Position numbers and translations under genes: made by a program
Shown here: piece by piece, positions 57,720 to 64,000 of the stretch
How positions within the stretch are numbered: position 1 is the first letter of the stretch
How the letters are laid out: every line of letters begins with the position of its first letter
The notes under the pieces: model-generated
What the model saw: the letters and a program-made list of their open reading frames with translations, nothing else
Databases searched by the model: none
Told to the model about the DNA's origin: nothing
Virus record (IMG/VR): IMGVR_UViG_2919367315_000003
Span: 30,134-94,133 of that record
Source of the DNA: a virus
Taxonomy: Duplodnaviria; Heunggongvirae; Uroviricota; Caudoviricetes
Strand: one strand, 5' to 3'
Length of the DNA: 64,000 nucleotides

Positions 57720-57850
57720 TAGCTATTTCTAATGATCAAATGCAAGTTTGATCAGTCCAATATAATGTAAAGAACAACTTAGACATAATGATGCGCGATT
57801 GGTAACCCTCTCTTGATTATTATACGCAAATTGGAAGGGAGAAAAATAGA

Positions 57851-58129
57851 ATGGCATCAAGTAGAATGACAGATAACCTAAAAACTAAACAAAATAAATG
57901 GGGATATAACCAACGTATATGGTTAAGAGGTGCTAGTATTGGGTGGATAAAGGGATATTGTGACATCAAAGATAAATATGCGGTAGAAAGAATGGTGGAT
58001 GGAAAATTAGTAGAAAGATTGTATTTGTCTGAAAATATTGTTGAGTATGAGCCTTGGGATGATGAAAAGAAGAAACAAAATAAAGAACGCATAGTAAATA
58101 AAAAAAGACAAAAGAGTATAGAAATATGA
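57851..58129 (+). CDS. Hypothetical basic protein
   Basis: RBS AAGGGAG. Confidence 0.55.
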   Translation: MASSRMTDNLKTKQNKWGYNQRIWLRGASIGWIKGYCDIKDKYAVERMVDGKLVERLYLSENIVEYEPWDDEKKKQNKERIVNKKRQKSIEI

Positions 58130-58578
58130 TTTTAATTTTGATGGCTGGTAGTGTTAAACGTAGAATCAACTAAGAGATAGGTGAATTATGAGATGTATTG
58201 CGATAAGTGTGGTAAGAAGCTGGAGGATGTGCTAGAACATGTTAAGCATATCCTCCATGAGTGCGATGGAGAGAATACATAAATAGTAAGGAGAAGCAGT
58301 AATAATGGACGAGAATGCAAGGGAGACGCTCAGAAAGGCTGTGTATTTAATAGGCATAGGGGAAGGTCTGAAGGCGAGTGAGTTATTGATTGAGTTGCTA
58401 AATCGTACAAATACTTCTGTTGATTAATTTATGTTGTAAAACATACACACGTAGTAATCATAGCAGTCCTAATTAAGTATGAAATTTTACGAAAAATAGC
58501 CGCTATCTTTGATCGGATGGTCGGTTATTTTTTATTTTTCTTGCGTAAAATATAATTTTTATTAAGAAACCTGCCAAC

Positions 58579-59100
58579 TTACATGGCAGGTTCTTTGTGT
58601 TGAGGCATGTTTTTTTGTATTTGACCCGCTCTATGCAATATTTTTAATAAAGTGTCTAAATCATCACTGGCAATAGGCCGTCGATCTTCTTTATTGCTTT
58701 CTTGAATTTCTATAGTTAATTCAGTTATTTTATTATTCTGTGTACGTATTATCTCTTGCATGTTAAGATACTCAACTCGTAAATTGTTTAGAGCTTGAAT
58801 TGCATTGTCTATTTCGTTCATAAAATTTATATCAGTCTTTTGAATTAGTGATGGAGTGCTAGCACTGTGTATTGAGCTTCTCTTATTGTTCATTCTTTCT
58901 TCTTTTGCTGCTTTTATTTCATTGTAGTACTTATGTCTTAGCGCGCTATTCCATCTAAATCCACAAGCTGCTGCTGTACGATTAAGTTCTTTCCCAACCT
59001 CCTGAAATGCAGTTAGTTGCGTTTTGTTAATACGTATATGGGTTAGCACTGTTTTAGTTAGTAGATCATCATCAAATTGAGTCCAAGCGTCTTGTCGCAT
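58579..59100 (-). CDS. rsfA: RsfA-family prespore transcriptional regulator
   Basis: RQDAWTQFDDDLL..TVL.HIR..KTQL.AF.EVGKELNRTAAACGFRWNS signature. Confidence 0.9.
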   Translation of the reverse strand: MRQDAWTQFDDDLLTKTVLTHIRINKTQLTAFQEVGKELNRTAAACGFRWNSALRHKYYNEIKAAKEERMNNKRSSIHSASTPSLIQKTDINFMNEIDNAIQALNNLRVEYLNMQEIIRTQNNKITELTIEIQESNKEDRRPIASDDLDTLLKILHRAGQIQKNMPQHKEPAM

Positions 59101-59127
59101 CTATATTCCTCCAATATACTTTTTAGT

Positions 59128-59157
59128 AAGTATATCCAGTTGTCAAGTTTTCTATGC
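59128..59157 (-). promoter_or_regulatory. sigmaF/sigmaG-type forespore promoter of rsfA
   Basis: GCATA-N15-GGATATACTT matches GYWTA-N15-GGnnAnAnTW. Confidence 0.55.
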
Positions 59158-59194
59158 AGTAAAATTGCGAATATACACATGGTGTTTAATTTAC

Positions 59195-59212
59195 TTGACA
59201 GAACAAACGTTC
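59195..59212 (+). promoter_or_regulatory. LexA (DinR) SOS box abutting a TTGACA -35 element
   Basis: TTGACA-GAACAAACGTTC fits the Bacillus GAAC-RNRY-GTTC consensus. Confidence 0.6.
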
Positions 59213-59373
59213 CGTATTGTATTTTATTATTTTTATTTGTATAATTACCAGTATAGAGAGCAAGAAAAGAGAAGTATTGTTAGAGTTAGAGTCAAAGTAG
59301 ATGTTGTAGATATATATAATGAGAATAAATATGAAAATAAGAACAAGAAAAATAAGATTCAGTAATAAGGAGC

Positions 59374-59763
59374 GTGTACATAATGGCAGTAGCAATTGAA
59401 AACGTAACTAGAGAATTTAAGAGATTGGATGTATGGATTGCCAATCTAGGAGAAATAAACGGAGGACGAACGAACGTACAAAAAGGACAAAGACCTGTGT
59501 TGGTTATAAGTAATAATGTAGGAAATAAGTATTCTTCGGTAGTGATGGTTGTACCTTTATCTGCTCAAACTCAAAAAGCAAATATGCCAACACATGTCTT
59601 ATTAGACAAAGATAAATGTGGATTTGACAGACATTCTGTTGCGTTGTTTGAGCAAATGCGAGTGTTAGATAAAAGTGATTTAGTATGTAAAGTAGCAAGT
59701 GTGCCGTTGGAGTATGAAAAAAGTCTAAATAGTACATATAAAGTAGTAGCAGGAATTAGTTAA
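59374..59763 (+). CDS. PemK/MazF-family endoribonuclease toxin without an adjacent antitoxin
   Basis: DVWIANLG...QKGQRPVLVISNN.GN..S.VVMVVPLS...HV...EQMRVLDKSDL. Confidence 0.85.
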   Translation: MYIMAVAIENVTREFKRLDVWIANLGEINGGRTNVQKGQRPVLVISNNVGNKYSSVVMVVPLSAQTQKANMPTHVLLDKDKCGFDRHSVALFEQMRVLDKSDLVCKVASVPLEYEKSLNSTYKVVAGIS

Positions 59764-59802
59764 ACTTAACAAAAGTGAAATAAAAGAAGGAATCACCTTC
59801 TT

Positions 59803-60027
59803 TTATTTTTTATTTAAAGTAAGTAATTCTGAAATATCAATTCCTAATTCATCGCATAGAATAGAAATATTCTTTAAAGAAATTTGTTTCACATCGTTGT
59901 TACACATATTGTTGATAGTGGCTTGTCTAATACCTGTTCTTCTAGCAATTTCTCTTTCACTAATTTCAAATTTTATAAGTATTGATTTGAGATTGATGTC
60001 AACCCAAGACATACACATTTCCTCCAT
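59803..60027 (-). CDS. XRE-family repressor (YopS/YozG-like)
   Basis: ISEREIARRTGIRQATINNMCNNDVKQISLKNISILCDELG. Confidence 0.85.
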   Translation of the reverse strand: MEEMCMSWVDINLKSILIKFEISEREIARRTGIRQATINNMCNNDVKQISLKNISILCDELGIDISELLTLNKK

Positions 60028-60043
60028 TAATTACAAATAGGGG

Positions 60044-60100
60044 TTGACACGAAAACGGATAAATCCTATAATATAACACAGGTGATACGTTTTTCGTGTC
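60044..60100 (+). promoter_or_regulatory. Consensus sigmaA promoter with inverted-repeat operator
   Basis: TTGACA (60044)-N17-TATAAT (60067); GACACGAAAA (60046) / TTTTCGTGTC (60091) inverted repeat. Confidence 0.75.
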
Positions 60101-60113
60101 ACTAACATAATAA

Positions 60114-60156
60114 GACAAATACACTCCCTATGATTTGGGCGTAGGGTGTATTTGTC
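60114..60156 (+). terminator. Leader hairpin / attenuator upstream of the lysogeny operon
   Basis: GACAAATACAC...GTGTATTTGTC 11-bp stem plus inner stem, followed by ATTTTATTC. Confidence 0.55.
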
Positions 60157-60222
60157 ATTTTATTCTAGCAGAGTTTTCGGTGAAATAACAGTAAAAAAAT
60201 ACATCCTTAGAGGGCAGCTACC

Positions 60223-60432
60223 ATGAAAAGATATCGTTTAATGAAATTAACAGCTTACGATAAAGAGCACAAATTGAAAACATGGAGATTTGTTAATATT
60301 GAAGCAGAAAAAGCGCATGAGTTAAATAATTTTATGGCTAATGGTTTTCGTATATGGGACTCAGACAGAAATAAAGTAGTAAAAACAAATCTTGATCTAG
60401 ATAACTGGATAAAGGATCATCATGAGGAGTGA
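60223..60432 (+). CDS. Hypothetical protein
   Basis: RBS AGAGGG. Confidence 0.6.
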   Translation: MKRYRLMKLTAYDKEHKLKTWRFVNIEAEKAHELNNFMANGFRIWDSDRNKVVKTNLDLDNWIKDHHEE

Positions 60433-60836
60433 ATGGAGAAATGCCCCAAATTCTAACAAGACATATGATTGAAACCGCTTATAAATACTCTAGAAAGGTG
60501 TATCATAATGAGTTGGAGCTTAGTTCTGCGCTCAGTCATATTTCACTGCTATCAGGTATGCATAGAGGGACAGCTTTGGCATACATCTCTGATTTTTGTT
60601 CAATGATGGAAGGCCAAGCATTTAAGAGAAAGATGACCGCAGATGCAACAAAATATTACTTGTTAAATATCTATAAAGATTATGGTATAGAAGCTTTAAA
60701 TGGAGCTGTAGCAGCAGTCAAGTTACATATAAAATATTTTAAAGAAGAGAAAAGTTTGAATCTGGTTAGACTTACAATGGTCGTTAAAGAGTTTGACAAA
60801 GGGTTGGTTAATAATGAAATAGTAATTGAAGAATAA
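60429..60836 (+). CDS. Helical protein resembling a domain usually found N-terminal to HNH nucleases
   Basis: Y...F..MM.G..FKR....AT.YYL..I..DYG...L..A..A...HI.Y pattern (recalled, not searched). Confidence 0.4.
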   Translation: MNGEMPQILTRHMIETAYKYSRKVYHNELELSSALSHISLLSGMHRGTALAYISDFCSMMEGQAFKRKMTADATKYYLLNIYKDYGIEALNGAVAAVKLHIKYFKEEKSLNLVRLTMVVKEFDKGLVNNEIVIEE

Positions 60837-60868
60837 TTAAAAGAAATACTAGAAAGCGGGCATAAATT

Positions 60869-61399
60869 ATGCTACGCTTATTTTTTTACTCTTTGATAAT
60901 AATTATCGCTTATAGTATATTTAAATGGGGGTGTATTATGGGAACTAATATTATGACCTACACGCTAAATAGCGGTATTAAAGGAACTATTAGCCTATCC
61001 ACGAAGCAAATACAGGACTGGATAGAATCTTATCGTGTAGGAAGTAAATATGTAACAACAGTAGGCAAAGAACATTTTGGATTGAATCCTGAGCTTGTAG
61101 CAGATTTTAAGGTACATAATGAATTTTCTGAGCAGCGGGAACATGTAGCAGCTATTCAACCTACAGTCGCAAGTAAGGCTAGCGAACAGTTATCGGAAGC
61201 ATACAGCCAGTATAAAGCATTAATTCAGGTGGAATGTAAATGTGGAGCTTCTTATATAGAGGAGTCAGCGTATAAGAGGAACAAATGGGGCTGTAAAGAG
61301 TGTGGGGATATTGTATTCTTGGATAGCAAGAAGGGTATGGTTGATACAGAGAAGGGTAAAGCCTGGTATTTGACCAACAGGTATTTTGTTGAGAGGTGA
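60869..61399 (+). CDS. Hypothetical protein with C-terminal Zn ribbon
   Basis: CKCG...CKECG; real start probably MGTNIM. Confidence 0.55.
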   Translation: MLRLFFYSLIIIIAYSIFKWGCIMGTNIMTYTLNSGIKGTISLSTKQIQDWIESYRVGSKYVTTVGKEHFGLNPELVADFKVHNEFSEQREHVAAIQPTVASKASEQLSEAYSQYKALIQVECKCGASYIEESAYKRNKWGCKECGDIVFLDSKKGMVDTEKGKAWYLTNRYFVER

Positions 61400-62178
61400 A
61401 TTATAATATGAGTATGGAACTTGAAAATAAGTATATAGCTGAAGCAAAGCTGGCGGCAAAGCAAGCAGGAGGATACCTTACAGTTGAACTCTTTGACTTA
61501 TATAGAGACAAAGAAAAAACTACTACATGGGATACCTACAATAGAAAAGCTAAAACAAATTTTAAAGATTTTTTGAAAAAAGCTGATATCCCAACAAAAG
61601 AAGAATATTTATTAGAAAAAAATAGGATTAAAGCAATTAGTAATTTCAAATTATTAAATGTATTAAATGGGTATGTAGATAAAATAGATTATGAAGAAGG
61701 TAATTTAGAGCCTGCTTGGGATTACATATCTGATCACTTTGGGATAGAGAAGATATGCAAAGCTGCTGAAGTGAATTTGAAAAACAAATATACAAACGTT
61801 GAATCGATGATCGTTGATTTGAAAAATTCGATAAAAAAAATAGGTTATATCCCAACCAAAGTCGAATATGATAGTTTAAAACTCAAACCATCGACTAGTG
61901 CAATGAACAATAAAGGGCTGAGTTGGACTGAAGCGATGAAAAAAGCAGAATTTTCTCCAAAGAAAGTTGGGGAAAAAGTATGTGAATACGAAAGATGTTA
62001 TTCGCAGTTTCCTTATATTGAAGGGAAGAGATTCTGCATTACTTGTGAGAATAAAATAAAGAATGAAATTCTAAATAAAATCGAATTAATGAATACTAAA
62101 GACTTAAAAGATGTGACTAAAGTTCTGGTTTTGGAAGGTAACAATCACAATTTGTTAGATAAACTTAGGAAAAAATGA
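61396..62178 (+). CDS. Homing-endonuclease-associated-repeat protein with Zn finger
   Basis: KIGYIPTKVEY...GLSWTEAMKKA repeat type; CEYERC...CITC. Confidence 0.5.
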   Translation: MNYNMSMELENKYIAEAKLAAKQAGGYLTVELFDLYRDKEKTTTWDTYNRKAKTNFKDFLKKADIPTKEEYLLEKNRIKAISNFKLLNVLNGYVDKIDYEEGNLEPAWDYISDHFGIEKICKAAEVNLKNKYTNVESMIVDLKNSIKKIGYIPTKVEYDSLKLKPSTSAMNNKGLSWTEAMKKAEFSPKKVGEKVCEYERCYSQFPYIEGKRFCITCENKIKNEILNKIELMNTKDLKDVTKVLVLEGNNHNLLDKLRKK

Positions 62179-62236
62179 TCGTGTATATTTATTATATTTA
62201 TGTGTTATAATTCTTTAATAAAGGAGTGTATCACAT

Positions 62237-63571
62237 TTGAAAACTGATCGTAAGGAAGTAGAAAAGATAATTACTGAAATACTTGACGAACATAAGACAA
62301 ATAGAAAGAAGATACTTAGTGTAAATGACAGATTAAACTCACTAGGAGTTCCTTATGGAACATTAAACGAGATTGTTTTAAAAAAGAAAAGTATTGAAGA
62401 GGTCAGTCTACCTTTATTATGTGTCTTTACTGACAGCATTAATAGTGTTTTTGGTGGTCTAGATCCACTTGAATATTTTACCGCGACTGAAATTAGAGAA
62501 GCCAAAGAAAGTATAGCCTCAGAATTCGTTAGTGAAACAATAAGCCTACCTCTGACTTTTAATGCAATACAAATTGATGAAAAAGCATTTTCATCAAAAA
62601 TATCAGCTAAGCTTTTAAACAAGATGTTTGAATCACAAATGATAATATATGATCCAAGATCTCAAAGAGGACTAAAATATAAAGGTAATCGTAATGAAGG
62701 GATTATTGAAACCCCAATTGTAAATCAGTCATCGGTTAGAACTATTGCCAATAAACTTGTTGCGAAAGACTATCTAACCGATACCATAAGGTTTAATGTT
62801 TATAACTTTGAATTAGAGCCAGTAACTTGGATTCCAAAAGAAGACGACTTTGGACAATTAGTAATAAACAGAGACGCTACAATAAGTATATTAGATGGTT
62901 TTCACCGTTTACAGGCTACTGTCAAAGCAATGAATGAGAAAAATGATTTAGATTTTAATTTTGAATTATCGATTAGAACTTATGATCAACAGACCGCTTC
63001 TAAATTTTTTGGTCAGATAAACACGATCAACATTCTAAATAAAGACAGAAAGAAAGAATTGTCATCGGAAGGGCGTTCAGCTTCTGTCGTAAAAGAATTG
63101 CAAACAAACCAAGACAGCGAACTCAAGGGTATTCGAATTGCTTCTGCAACCAAGCCTAATACTGCTGTTGGACAGTTAACAACTTTCAGTATCTTAAATT
63201 TAGCGATTGAAAGAACCTTTAATCCTCAGACGTATCTTGATTATCAAAATGTATCTCACTATCTTGTGAAATATTTTGGTATTTTGATAAGTCTATATGT
63301 GGATGCTTTTTTGGAAAATAGAGAAAAGCATGATAAAAGCTATATAAATCACCCTTTAATGTTTTTTGGATACACGGTGATTGCTTATAGAATGTATCAA
63401 AAAGATAATCAAAACATCAGTCCTAAGGAGTTAAATAAAATAATTGATAATCTTGATTTAAGTAACGATAAAATACTGATAGATTTATTTGAGGCTAAAA
63501 GAGCTTATTCGTCTACTCGCATTCAAGTGGACATACTAAAACATTTCGAAAATTTAATTAAAGAGGTGTAA
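62237..63571 (+). CDS. YopQ-like DGQHR/DndB (ParB-fold) domain protein
   Basis: ISILDGFHRL, FGQIN; upstream of the YopR-like gene as in SPbeta. Confidence 0.7.
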   Translation: MKTDRKEVEKIITEILDEHKTNRKKILSVNDRLNSLGVPYGTLNEIVLKKKSIEEVSLPLLCVFTDSINSVFGGLDPLEYFTATEIREAKESIASEFVSETISLPLTFNAIQIDEKAFSSKISAKLLNKMFESQMIIYDPRSQRGLKYKGNRNEGIIETPIVNQSSVRTIANKLVAKDYLTDTIRFNVYNFELEPVTWIPKEDDFGQLVINRDATISILDGFHRLQATVKAMNEKNDLDFNFELSIRTYDQQTASKFFGQINTINILNKDRKKELSSEGRSASVVKELQTNQDSELKGIRIASATKPNTAVGQLTTFSILNLAIERTFNPQTYLDYQNVSHYLVKYFGILISLYVDAFLENREKHDKSYINHPLMFFGYTVIAYRMYQKDNQNISPKELNKIIDNLDLSNDKILIDLFEAKRAYSSTRIQVDILKHFENLIKEV

Positions 63572-63575
63572 CAAA

Positions 63576-64000
63576 TTGAATAATATATATGGGGATAGCC
63601 TATATAATCCAGAAATCAAAAAAAGATTTTTAAGCGAATTCAGAGAAAACACTCGTAAAAACTATGAAGGAAAGCTAAAACGAGCAAGTAGAGTAGAAAT
63701 GAGATTAGGTAAAGACCTCTACGATTTTACATTAAGCGAATTTGAAGAGGTTATTTACCTCTTGGCTCCCACAAAGTTAAGTAGTGCCATGAACTATGGG
63801 TCAATTCTCAGAAAATATGTTGAGTGGGCAAGTGGGCATGGTCTTAGAAAAGATAAAATGAATCCACTTGCTTCAATGAAAGGGAAAAGCGATTTTGAAA
63901 AATTTGTACCACAGCAAACATTAATTCGAAAAGATCACCTAGACGATGCTTTATCAGAGTTGGATAGCTATAGAGATATAGCGATAATACTATCAATATT
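63576..64000 (+). CDS. YopR/MrpR-like master repressor (tyrosine-recombinase fold), 5' partial
   Basis: Translated by hand: YNPEIKKRFL...KDLYDFT...ILRKYVEWA; matches the YopR N-terminus; truncated by the window end. Confidence 0.7.
   Translation, partial: MNNIYGDSLYNPEIKKRFLSEFRENTRKNYEGKLKRASRVEMRLGKDLYDFTLSEFEEVIYLLAPTKLSSAMNYGSILRKYVEWASGHGLRKDKMNPLASMKGKSDFEKFVPQQTLIRKDHLDDALSELDSYRDIAIILSI

Larger units (their letters stand above)
41813..57753. repeat. Dispersed RTAAAA-N6-TTTTAY junction repeat family
   Basis: Perfect TAAAA-N6-TTTTA at 41814, 42326, 42865, 44367, 45188, 47429, 48679, 49113, 50511, 50720, 51894, 53845, 54705; one-mismatch copies at 42635, 43777, 46773, 47073, 48119, 49936, 53028, 55028; TGATCAAA-N6-TTTGATCA at 57733. 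Confidence 0.8.

Noticed and set aside
41813-57753. Junction motif interpreted as intrinsic terminators
   Set aside because: Stems of 5-6 A/T pairs are too weak, and several copies lie next to separate GC-rich terminators (e.g. 42304-42321).
59165-59365. MazE-like antitoxin upstream of mazF
   Set aside because: The ORF spans the promoter and LexA box and a low-complexity purine tract, has no RBS, and shows no AbrB/RHH pattern.
1-64000. attL/attR or a prophage boundary, reverse transcriptase/DGR, IS transposase
   Set aside because: No host housekeeping genes, YADD-type RT motif, TR/VR repeat pair or DDE transposase was recognised in the window.

Overview
AT-rich segment of a large SPbeta-like temperate phage or prophage of a spore-forming Bacillales host (host inferred from CgeB-, RsfA-, LexA- and sigmaF-type signals). 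No host chromosomal DNA is visible. From 1 to 25.9 kb (minus strand) lies the late morphogenesis operon in SPbeta yon/yom order: YonO-type single-subunit RNA polymerase, HU, a ~420-nt GC-rich structured intergenic RNA candidate, phosphoesterase, terminase, portal, protease/scaffold, capsid, connector and tail-tube genes. It then continues with a cassette of three glycosyltransferases, chaperone-like genes, a tyrosine recombinase, an HNH gene and the 5' end of the tape measure gene. From 26 to 41.8 kb (plus strand) are a tyrosine recombinase, RecD2 helicase, a Rep-like protein followed by a 22-bp-period iteron array, a ParB-like protein, an ~800-bp non-coding skew-switch region, YonT-like type I toxin-antitoxin cassette(s), a YonV-like P-loop protein and a DarB-like methylase-helicase. 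From 41.8 to 58.4 kb is an array of about 50 small accessory ORFs whose junctions repeatedly carry RTAAAA-N6-TTTTAY. From 58.5 to 64 kb are rsfA with a sigmaF-type promoter, an orphan MazF behind a LexA box, an XRE repressor and a YopQ/YopR(MrpR)-like lysogeny operon. Top candidates for an undescribed system: (i) the junction-motif cassette array plus tyrosine recombinases, (ii) the tail-operon glycosyltransferase trio, (iii) the structured ncRNA. All family assignments come from motif recognition by eye; no database search was run.
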